Source: Styela clava
Lineage: Eukaryota
Direction of reading: 5' to 3'
NCBI RefSeq assembly: GCF_964204865.1
Contig: NC_135253.1
Location: forward strand, 14,136,001-14,200,000
Length of the DNA stretch: 64,000 bases
This document shows positions 49,909 to 61,606 of this stretch, one piece after another. The notes under the pieces were generated by a model. That model was not told the origin of the DNA and searched no databases. It saw only the letters and a list, made by a program, of their open reading frames with translations. The translations under genes and the position numbers were made by a program. Position 1 is the first letter of the stretch. The number at the start of each line of letters is the position of its first letter.

Positions 49909-52094
49909 ATTGACACGTAGGAAAACGTATTTTATGTATATATATACTTGGAACTGTCTCAAGGTAACAATGCATTTGTTTCTTCACCTTTTGATGAAAT
50001 ACCATAGAGTCTAATATATGTGCTGAGAATTATTCAATCGTATTTGATATCAACCCCGGTAGTTAATTACAGAGCCCAGCTTCACAGAGCCCCAATAAAC
50101 ATATTATGTGTTATACTTATACCTTATAAATTTGGTTTACAACTAAAACCTGAAATATAGAAACAATATGAGTCTGAAAATTTTAATTCATGTTCTGGGA
50201 CAAATAGTTGAGATAAGCCCATGTAGTGGAAAAGCCCATGATTAAGGATAGATATTACTTTGACCAGAAAATTACATTCAGCGTATAAAGTGAGATTCAT
50301 GCAATTGGGGTTAGTGGGCAGGCATGGGGCAAGTGTGAAACACGACATTTTTTGAGACACCCAAATGTAAACTAAATTGTAGAATAGGGAATGGCATGGG
50401 TCTAACGTTACGTTTCTAGACCGACGAATCTGTTTACCCAGGTTTCTATCGATTCTGTTGAAGTTGTGCCTTGATATCGGTCGTACCCGTTTTTAAATGA
50501 CTGGTTAGGTTTCTTCTCAACCCTGGAATGCAATAGGCATAGTCTAACTAAAATACACTATATTTGACCAAACAAGCTTACCATACCTCATACTTATATC
50601 CAGAAACATTTAGGAACAGTAACGCAATCAGAGACTACCATGGTCCACGTCTGCAAGCAACTAGTAGCGCGCGAAATACCATATTTCTGCTTCTGAGACT
50701 ACAATTTATGGGAATATTGTTTGAATGAGCAGAGACAATATTGGGTCTCTAATTCAAACCCACATAATTCTAATTTGGAAACTTTTGCGGTGGTAGCGCC
50801 ATTTTCAAATTTAGCAAAATCTGGCGTAAAGCATTGAGACCTAATGGGCCAAAAAAATATAAAAATAATACTCAATGGTGCACTTCAATGTTTAAGTAGT
50901 GGTACTTGAAAGCGATTGGCACAGTAATTCGAATAAAAAGCGATTTTTATCTCAAGAACACGAATAATAGCAGCAACATGACCAACAGCAATTAAGCAAA
51001 AAGAGCCACAGGTCCACATTGGGTTCAGTAACATAGAACACTATAGATATTCCTTAAACTATTTACAGTCTAACTGAAAATCCAGTTGCATTATAGGGTA
51101 TTACTTGGAAGAGAGATAACTCATCTGGCAAATAAAGACCACACAACCTTTTCTTGACTGTTCTATCAAACTCTATTAATCAAACTAAAATTATTTAGGA
51201 AGCTCATTGCGATAAAAAAAGGCTGCACAATGGAAATGTAGATTTTGAACTCATATATATATATATATAATGAATCTGAGTCAGAACAAAAAACATAGGC
51301 TCAAGTTAAGTCGTTACCATCATGTGAGGGAACTCATCCCACATTGTGTCGTGGTGATACAATCCCCTCATATATATCTCGGACACTTATATGCAAAGTA
51401 TGAATACCAAATGATTTATTTACAGAACTTATTGGCAAATTATGAATTAAAAAATAAATTGGATCTAAGTAAGTAATAAGATCCCTTATATAAATAAATA
51501 AATGTATCCATAAACTAAATTTGCATAAAATATTTTAAAGGAGCGCCAAGTTATCACCAATAATTAATAAATGCAAATTATGTCATAATCTCAAACGTAG
51601 AGTAAAAGCATATGAATGCCGACTGTTGAACATTGATTACAATACTATCAAATAGTGAGGCAATGCAGCAACGGTTGACTTTGCACGTAAAAAAGTTAAC
51701 TTATCTAAAAGGCACAGTAAAATATAAAATATTCATTTTATATAAATATTTAATCAAACCAACTTATTTGTTATAGCAACAATATTTATATAAAATTGCA
51801 CCCAGAAAATATTAATATCTTAGGCTTAGAAATTCTCACCAATAAATGAATCAATGAAAGATAGTACTTATTCAGACCTCTTCATTTGTTCCTTTTTCCC
51901 GTGCTATATACAAATATATATATTTCGATTGGGTTATACCTTTATAAAATTTGGTACACACTATTTCCAAGCGACAGGTCACAATTCTATCCATTTAAAA
52001 ATTCTTCTCGCGGGAAATAATTTATAAAAATTCATATTTGTGACTTGAATTATAACTTTACAAGTGTAAGTTTCAACTGGTTTTATTTCACACT

Positions 52095-52395
52095 TTACAC
52101 ATTTTTATTTAAATTTTCACACACGCATGTTGCATTCATATTGTTGTCTCCATATGTTCTACTACCACAATAATTACATTTGGAAACTGAACCATCATAA
52201 CTTTCATTGTCAAATATATCTTCTTCTTTTTCTTCTTGTAAAACATCAAAATTTCCGTTTATTAGACGAGCTTGTTTTCTCTTGAGTCTAGCGGAGTTTG
52301 CCACCTCCGGGGGCTCGGGTATGGTATCATGGAACTTTGAGAAATCGACAACGTAGCGATCTCTTTTGGGTGAAAGAGACACAATAGGAGCAAAT
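52095..52395 (-). CDS. Kir terminal exon 9 (RFAPIV...VDFSKFHDT...NKNV*)
   Basis: ORF 52095..52472; acceptor atttacag, phase 2. Confidence 0.92.
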
Positions 52396-55300
52396 CTGTA
52401 AATGATAAATATCGATACAGTCACAGTTGTAAACCCTAAATATATTTCCGTCATCTTGAATTCAAAGATCAAGAGAAAGTTTCATTTCCCAAAATGAAAT
52501 AAAAATATTTAGTTTATTGGAGAGTAAAAAGCTGAAATGAGGTAATACCAGTATGTTTCAAGTTATAAATTGATATGAACATAAATTTGCTAAAAGTCAT
52601 CTTAAAATTTATTGCATACATAAATCTATTTTCAAATATTACTACTATAATAATCGAAAAAACATATAGAAAAATTCCTAACACTTTAGATAGTATATGA
52701 AAAGCGTTTATAAAATAGCGGGATACAAGAACTACACAAACCCATTACACGGATGATAATGATATGCAAAATGTATTAAGAATCAACATAATAACATGTA
52801 AATAGAAAATAACTATTTCTAGTTCGAAATTACTTTCATTTAATTTGTACTTATTTATATATATATAGTCAATATGGTCAATATATATATATATTTAGTG
52901 ACAACTTGTTAAGTACCTCGAAGGGTTCATATTTACAAATGAGACAAAGCAGCGACTCAGCACAATATATAAATCGAGTTTCTTACTAGGGCTATGTGTA
53001 CCTGTGTTTGTAATTGATCTCTGTACTTAAATATGATGTTTGAGCATTTGCTGTCATGCCCGTTGCCTCAACCATTCCTGTTAAAATCACAACAACTTCA
53101 AACCAATTTTGTTTTTCGGATGCCAAATATCTTGGTGGGATAGCTAAAAAAGGTTTAAAAGCATAAGATTACAAAATTAAAAAAGATAAAGGGACGGGGA
53201 TGATTCTTAAAATTTGAATCCTCTTTATTTAGTCCGACTTCTGAAACCTAAAGGTTCTTTTTATGTATTACCAATTTGAAATTTTATTTATCATAGTTTT
53301 ATGGAACCAGCTTTTAAATAGAAAACGGAAAACTTTGGCGCCGAATATTTAAAGTTATTTGATTTCACATTCTATGATACATTCAAAATCCCATTTAGTA
53401 TAACCTATGGCATTGCAAATATATTGTCAGTTGAGCAATTAATCGCATGTTTGCTCCAAAACCGAGCAATAGTTAATTATTTAACAGAGGTTAGGTTTCC
53501 TCCCATTATATTCTACTGCGAAATACATGATACGCTGTCTATATTAACCGATGATCTCAGTAAATAACTAAATATTATTCGATTTCAGATCGATTAGACT
53601 ATTTTATAGCAATAGTTAGTAGTTAAGTATATATATAATGGGACATAAGTTAATCTTAAAAATTTTAACGGAAGAAATTCCATCTAATATATACTGCTCG
53701 TTGTGCAAACTTGTGTAAGGATATATATTAGATAAATGACTATCCTTTTAATACCGAAATGAGATAATTCTGATCCAATGAAAAACTAATTAGTAGTATC
53801 CAAATTGGGAAATCTATAATACATCCACATAATACAAACGGTGATGAATTCACAAATATTCAAGGTTCATAATAAAAACATCTGACTCAGCTACGGAATG
53901 TATTGTCATAAATTTTAAAATTAACGTCTTGCTTTAATAGCGATTAAACTTACGGAATGCATCACTATACAAATTTAACAATCAGATGTTTACTCTGATT
54001 GAGAGCGTGTCTTTAAAACTGATGTACGTTGAAGAAAATATTTTTAAACAACTGCAGTCGAATCATGATATGTTGAATTAATTTTTTTGATTGCTTCAAA
54101 TCATCTAAGGAGAAATTGAGAAGTGATGACGAAATTTTTTGATTGAGCGAACTATTGGCTCGCGACGACAGAGACATCAAGGATATTTCAGGAAAAACAG
54201 TATCCATGTATCAATGGACCATGCCAGAGAAATATCCTAAGAGCGCTATTGATCTATTTATAGGTTTATAATTAAATGTGGTGTTGACCGGACTTCAGAC
54301 GAGAGACTTTTCACCTCGTGTTCGAAGCGAAGATTACTCACAATATAAAGGACTGTCTTTATCGATGACGTGACAATACTCCAGGGGAGTGGTCAACATG
54401 GCCAAGTTTGCATTACAAAATTTCAATTCCTTCTGCTCCAGCATGAACTCGTGGTCTTCCTCTTCTTCCTTACACTGGGGGGCTAAAATTGAAAAAGAGC
54501 AAAAGAATGACATGTTGGAAAACATTGTTGTCATGAACTAGAACTGCATAGCTATATGTTTATACACGATATATTACTGTCTAAGTCAGTCACGATATAT
54601 ATAGTCTCTTATACTCACTCACCTCTCATAATAATTACTCGAGCTCGACACGAAACGCTCAACAAGAGACTTTTCCTTAAGTTTGCGACTCGAACCAAAA
54701 GGCACCTATGAATAGACAGAGAGTGTTAAAAATTCTCTAGACTTTAGCAATGCCCCGACCGCAGTTGGACACATGATGGTATTAACGAAAATGTGGAAAT
54801 TCACAAATAAACTGTCGAAGTATTGGTTGTATAAAAAGTAGCATTTCAATTTCTATTTGTAACCTATTCTTTGAAATATCGAAAATACACATGATACAAA
54901 ATGTGTTTATTGTTATTCTTTATATATTCCATTATTATCATTCGAGGCATATATAATTACTATGAAAATAGTTAATTTTCCACTAACTTTTTCCCATCCC
55001 TTGTACAAATTACGGCGTTTTTGCTGTATAGGATAGTTTTACATCTTGCATCAGGTCTTGCCATTCTTGAAAAACACATTCCAATAACCCAAGTATCAAA
55101 TATGGCTGACAACACACACTGGATAACAAGACAAGCAACTGCTCCTCTACAAGAGGTACCGATTGTACGGAATCCATAACCTAGAAATATCCAAAATTAA
55201 TCAGAAAACGTTATTAGATGGGCATATAGACGAACAACGATATACAGGTCTTGGTCGAGTTGGAATGGACCAACAACAATGACGTAAAAAGTGTAAACAG

Positions 55301-58300
55301 GTCTCTATAACAGAAATGCTTAATCGGCAGTTTCGGGAAGGGGTGTCACGTTAGGCCTGGCCTAGTCGCTGTTTTTCAGATTAAATATTTATGTTAAAAT
55401 ATGGTTATCGAGATTGGTCTATTTATATAATTCTCTGTATGTAGTTGATAATTAGACAGTTGGCCAGTTGTCCTATTTTATCAAGCTATAGCATGATATA
55501 CGCCATTCACGCAGTTAGGTTATTCGGACAAAGGCATAAAGGGGCAAAACAATTCAGTATGCCAGTGTATATTAGTTACAAGTTACAACCATTTGATCTG
55601 TGAGATTTGATGCTTCGCGCTCTCGTTATTGTATTTAGAAACACCAGTGATTTGTTCCGATCCTGAGACGTTGACTTTGAAAGTGTGGCCAAAATGTTTT
55701 ACCGTAGGATTATTCGTCTGCGGTCGAAGAAATTAGATTTAATTTTAGAAGCAGAAGTACAAATTTGACAGAAGCCTAATGGCCGTTATTTGTAGTACCT
55801 TAAGCTCCAAAGTCTGATGTGGCTTGCCAGGGGCGGATTAAGAGGTTGTGGTTGAGTGGCAGAATTAGCTCAGAATGAGTGGAGTTTGCGCAAGTACATG
55901 TCCAGGCTTAATTTTAAAGAAAAATTGCGTTTGTCATTGAAACATTTTGTGCACTATCGTACTTGATTTGTGAGCGGGCGAAAAATTTTCTTTTTGTTAC
56001 AATATTCAAGGGATTACGGGACAGAAAGATAGATGATTTTTGATTTTTTTTTAAGAGTGCCCATAAAATTTTTAACATGACGAAACTACCGTCAGAAAAT
56101 ACGTAACATTATAGGATGCCTACCTATAGTAGTCTCAGATTCCATAGAAAATAGAAAAGCAGTGGCGAAGTCATAGACTCCTGATACACAAGGCTTGTCA
56201 TTGAATCCAACAATTGTTTCTTGCGTTGAAGAATTGGGACTTATAATATCAGAAGTATTTGCATCCATCCCAAAGATTTTTGTGTAATCATCATAAGCGA
56301 ATGCAAATAACCAATAAATGATTCCAAAAATAATCCAATGTCCAACATAAACCAGCGCTGTGAGGAGAATAACCCAAGGCAAACTTAGGTCGATTAATGT
56401 TGTGTAAATGTCTTTTGAGTACCGTGACATCCAGTCCAGTCTTCCAAATCTCTGGCAATGAAGAATATATGGGTCGCATAATTACATATAGCAATAAAAG
56501 TAGTTACAATTTTTAATATTATTAGTAACCTACAAAAGTGATTGCCTATTAACTTATAAACCTGAAAAGAATTCTATTGGCTCTACAAGCTATTTTGACC
56601 GCATACTTCAAAATATAATTTAACTAGAACTCAGTTGTCTCACGCATTCCCCAACAACATCACGCACCAGCAAGTCGTTTCTCATATATGTTCTTAGCCC
56701 ACCATTCATTCTATACAGGACATAGAACAACTATTATGGTAGAAAACATGACTAAGAAAATGCAACGTTGAACTTAGTGTATAAATCATACCGACTTAAA
56801 AAAGTTGTGAATGATAAACAACCATAATATATTTCAAACACGTAATAGACAAAAATCATCGATGTTGTTAAAATATTGGTATTTGATCTAGCGCTATAAT
56901 AGGTAAAATATCAGTTATTGCTAACATGTTAGTATTTACATGCAAAAGCAGATTCCAAAATACATAAAGAACAAAAACAAAATTAATTGGTTTCCGGATT
57001 ACTGGTATTTTAAACCCTATGTGGTTAAGTTTATGTTTTGTATGCAAACCTGACTTATAGCTATATTACCGATTGGCATTATAAAATTTATTTATTCTGT
57101 TTTATAACGGGACCATCCCGTCATAAATATGTTATTAATTTTTTAATGAAATATTTTAAAGTCTCTTGAAATTTTGTAAAAGTATTCAATTTTTTTGTGA
57201 GTTTCGTTTATCACATTATAATAATCAAAATTCTTGGTAATATTGTGTTTGGTGTTTTATTTTAAAGTTTATTACAGAAAAATACATTGATAGAGCCGCA
57301 GAAATTCTTCGTCAGATAGCTTCTGCGTCCCGCAGTAAATTTTCAACAAGATTCAAAAACAAATTACCTTATATCTAACATTAGACGACCCATCTTTTAA
57401 TACCATTCTTCCTTGGTAGGGTTTGAAATCTTTTCCCATGTATTTTCCTTTTCCAGCCCTTATTGATGAAAGCTGCACCGAGCGAAATTTATTTCGAAAC
57501 TGGTGGTTGTTGGTGTTTGTCACAGGGTCATATAATCCTGAATGACCTGAGCTCATATTTCTAAACCTTTTTCGATTACTATTATTGTTTTGGTTGGCAT
57601 TTGCGTATCTTGTGTTCAAGTCTGAATTTCTGAATGAAAGGAAATGCATTAGAAATTGATATTGTTCTTATGAACACATTGTACCAACGAATGTTCATAG
57701 AGTTGTGATCTTTCACATTTGTTTCAGGAAGTTATTGAAGAATAAGTTTATGAATAGAGTTGAGTCTGAAAACATTGCGTATTACATTCTGACAGTATTT
57801 AACGGAATCAACAGAAGCTTGAATATTTGAAAACTAACTTACTGTAAAACAATGGGTTTATACGTGTTTCTCCGTACATTCGCTTATTTTGTGAAAAGTG
57901 AATCAAAACGCTATAAAAACTAATTTACTTTTTATGACATCCCCCGTCCATCCCATCCCCCTTTTTATACCATTCAACAAATCCAAATGCTCACTCAATC
58001 ATGCTACAAAGTCTGAAATCAATAAATCTGTTGCAACCTGGGCGTATAAGTGGGTTAGGACCTTGTGCCCTATTTAAAACTTCGCCGCATCTATGGTTAT
58101 ATTAATTCTTCTTTTTTAAATTCTTATCAATAGTTTCCGATACATATTTATTTATTATTATAATTAATTTCTCACTTTAAAAATGTCAAATTTTCCTCAT
58201 CCGAGTCGAATACATCATATAGTTCATCATCAGAATCTGAAGCGCCATCCCATTTTGTGTTAGAAGCTCCTCTCTTGAAGTCTAATTATTTATCAAAATA

Positions 58301-59093
58301 AAGCTTTTGAGTTATATGAGTGGTGAATAATTTAATGATTGATTTCATGATTAAGAAACTTTAAACGAAACATTCAAGTTTGCTTGCGTGTTTAGCTGAA
58401 TTATGAAATATATATATGTGGTGTTTTATATGACAGACGGATTTAGCAAAATCATGTGTTTGATATGATGATTCATTACAATTAAAAATATGGTTTTCTC
58501 TATTTACCACCGAAAGATATTCATATTTGAAATCCGTATTTAAAAAAAAACACGGAACACGAAACACGAAAAAAATGAATCTTGTAATTTTTACTATGTT
58601 TAACTATAGGTATCATGTTTTCAGCATAATGACATACTCATTGTCTGCGTATGACATTCCATTTGGATGCGTTTTGTTAAACAAATGCTAAATTTATTTT
58701 CACGTGTCCCAAACAATAACGAAAAACATGTTTTTGAAAGAAAATAAGTTGTATTATATGAAGCCTATATACGAGTGCACTAAATCTATCACCTTGATGT
58801 AATCTTTGAGCCTCCATATCATGCTCCCAAACGTTATCCGACCTGGTATAAGCGCAAAATCGTTCGGTAAAATTCCAGCTGTTTCGCAATCCAGTGTTAG
58901 GTGAAGGACTTCTGTTATTATTTTTATCAAATTGTTCTGATTCCCGTTCCGAGTCCGATTCAGAAATCGTGGACGATATTGCGTCGCTCAATTCTGTTTC
59001 TTCACTTTCGACATCGTCGCTGTCCGACGGAGTACTGGTTCGATGCGGGGACGTGACGTCCTTTTTTACCTCGTCCGCTGCCTCGAATGTCAT
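52095..59093 (-). CDS. Inward-rectifier K+ channel (Kir/KCNJ family, GIRK/Kir3-like signatures), ~618 aa, 9 coding exons
   Basis: Exons 59093-58793, 58281-58176, 57629-57368, 56451-56124, 55180-54988, 54705-54623, 54482-54342, 53143-53002, 52395-52095; GT-AG and phase-consistent (1,2,0,1,2,1,1,2); 1857 nt. Motifs: [79 protein letters not shown]. Confidence 0.93.
53002..53143 (-). CDS. Kir exon 8 ([18 protein letters not shown]-loop)
   Basis: Acceptor ttttttag, donor gtacac. Confidence 0.93.
54342..54482 (-). CDS. Kir exon 7 (to [10 protein letters not shown])
   Basis: ORF 54334..54534; acceptor aattttag, donor gtgagt. Confidence 0.93.
54623..54705 (-). CDS. Kir exon 6 ([27 protein letters not shown])
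   Basis: Acceptor ttcatag, donor gtgagt. Confidence 0.93.
54988..55180 (-). CDS. Kir exon 5 (GYG filter, M2, C-linker)
   Basis: Translates [63 protein letters not shown]. Confidence 0.95.
56124..56451 (-). CDS. Kir exon 4 (slide helix, M1, pore helix)
   Basis: ORF 56092..56430; ends TTIG at donor gtaggc. Confidence 0.95.
57368..57629 (-). CDS. Kir exon 3 (to [14 protein letters not shown])
   Basis: ORF 57353..57649; acceptor ctttcattcag, donor gtaatt. Confidence 0.88.
58176..58281 (-). CDS. Kir exon 2 (DFKRG...[10 protein letters not shown])
   Basis: Open frame bridging phase 1 to phase 2; donor gtgaga. Confidence 0.7.
58793..59093 (-). CDS. Kir coding exon 1 (acidic/Ser-rich N-terminus)
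   Basis: ORF 58677..59105; ATG at 59093; donor caag|gtgata, phase 1. Confidence 0.7.
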
Positions 59094-61456
59094 GATGTTT
59101 GACAAAGAATATTCTATTTATTATACTGTTAGCTAGGCAACCTATTGGAACAAAGTTGTCATGATAGTTTGCAAATATTTAACATCACGCCATGCATGAG
59201 GGGTAATCGAATTAGCTACTTTATTCGAGGCCATATGTGATGCAGATAAATTGGAAAAGTCCAACCTTTGTTTAATATTTACCTAACATATTACGGTCAT
59301 ACAAACTGATTAATCATTGAGTCGTTTCTCTTGAATTGCCAATGATGGAGGCGCTGCACAAAGGCATGGGTCAAATTATGCTATACTAGGTTTTAATTTC
59401 GCGTAATTTCATCTAAATTTCAAAACTTGTAAATAATAATCGACTTAGCACTTCTGCTGTTGTAAACCAGACGTATCTAATTTTAATTTTCAAAAAGAAG
59501 ACAAGAATAAAACGACGTTGAGGCTACGCCTACGTTAGGTTTAATACAAAAAACTAAAACTCGTATATGCGACAAGCTTCGAACGTTGTATCGGTTCGAA
59601 ATCTAGTGCACAAGATTCATAGCAAGTTCCCAGAACCATATTAAGTGTGACGACGTTTGAAGGAGGCTTTCGAACCATACGAGCACGCACTATTGTATAA
59701 AACGGAAGACTTTTATTAAAAATATATTGCTTCAACATGAATTCATATCCATAAATAATGACCTCATACACTTTTATATAAATTACTAGAAGTTGCTGGG
59801 TGGTTCAATATTATGAATAGCATTGACATTGTAAAGGTATGCTAAACTTGAGGCTGTGCGGGTGGACCTCAATTGTCAACTTGTTTGCTAACTTTGACAC
59901 ATCAGCGGATTAACTAGGTTAATAAGAAAATGATATTTGTCCAATTATGGTTAATTAGCTGAATTTAAAAAGCTTACACGATGTGATTTCAAACATAGAT
60001 TTCTGCTAACAAGAAAACTTAATATCATATCTTTCATTGCTATTATCCATTAAAGGCGTCATCTATACGTTTCCTATATCGGAAGCTGACGACATACACA
60101 GTCAAGATATGCAAAATATCTCGTTCATAAAATATCCTTATAAAAAACTCACATAAATCGTCACTAATCCGAGTAAAATCAAAGCATTTATTGCGAAATC
60201 ATAAGAAGAGTTTTAATTTATCCAAATCATTATCCTTTTCGAATCAAAATATTAAACCTCCAATACAGTAGGACTTTCGGAGTTGAATATTTAAACTGCA
60301 CGACTTGAGTCATTACACTCGAACGGGCACTTCTGACGTACATGAAAGCAGTCACATTTTATTAATGTGTTAACATTGCTTAATTAGGAAATAGGAGAAA
60401 GGGTTCAAAGTTTAGCATCTGTTCATCGTGTAACCAGAGAATTAATATAAACTTATCTACTATCAAGCATGTACAAGATTTAGGTGAAATCCTTTATTAT
60501 ACATCTCGGGGATAGAAACGCTTAATAGGCAGAACAGGAGTCACGTTAGACCTGACCTAACAGATGATTACCAGATTAAATAAATATAGAAGGTTGTGGT
60601 TTTTGATTTTGGTCTATTTATAAAATTCTATATATGTTATTGGTTAATTAGATAGTTAACCAGTTGTCCTTGTGCCCCAGAGGGTGGTTGTTGGCTTATG
60701 GTACAGCGTGTTTTATCAGAAGGAGAAATGCATATCAATGGAAGAAAATACGTGTGTGTGTGGATGGAATAAGGAAGAGAGTGAGGGTATGAGCGGATGT
60801 GGTAAATATTCATGCCTGCATATATTGCAACGTTTGACTGAACTGAATGCATTGGCATTCCAAAAATACTCGGCTTTTGCTAATTTTAAAAATATGCGTT
60901 TCTCTTGTTTGTAAGAGTATTAAAGAATTAACAGGATATTGTGCTGATGAAAATTGATGAGAGAAGTGACGCATGTTCGCAAAAAAATTATAACTATACA
61001 GGGACGTTTTTAAGAGATGGAAGGAACACAAATCTTACTTGCATTGTAACATTGCAAACAATGAAACTTGCCGAATTAGTTTATTGCAGTCTATGACTGA
61101 CAATTTGCAATACCACGTTTTGAATACCAATTAGTGCGGTTCTACTCTGTAAATAAAAGAGCTCTAGAATATTGCATAGAAACAATATTTAAAAATCGAG
61201 ACAAAAAAAAGGAAAGTTTTGACATACAATTTCACGTTAACGTTACAACCGTCGCAGCACGTTACGTTAATGCATTTCCCTTACGCGTACCTAAGCTCTT
61301 GTCCATTCTAGTACATGGATCGGAAGAGACAGCCTGATTCACAAACCTTATGCCCATTTCATACAATCGTATTGCTGAAGTTTGTGGCAAATTTTTATGA
61401 AGGGACAAAAATAGTCACTCCTCAAGTATACGTACCAAGATCGCGGATACCCGACC

Positions 61457-61606
61457 GTAGTATGTGTACCAGGTTAGGGTCAGGCAATTATTTTAGGTAC
61501 AAATACTCCGTTAGTCACTTGGCTAGTCCCCGAACTCATAACAGAACTAAAATAAGGGAAATTGGAATAAAATTATGGCCTAACCCTAACCTGGTATACA
61601 TACTAC
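61457..61606. mobile_element. Small foldback/MITE-like element with TTAGGG-containing inverted repeats
   Basis: gtagtatgtgtaccaggttagggtcaggc...att pairs with aattatggcctaaccctaacctggtatacatactac (~35-38 bp arms). Confidence 0.7.

Noticed and set aside
57838-57900. gtaag donor on the - strand as an alternative first coding exon of Kir
   Set aside because: The ATG-led frame ends in phase 1, incompatible with the phase-2 acceptor of exon 3.
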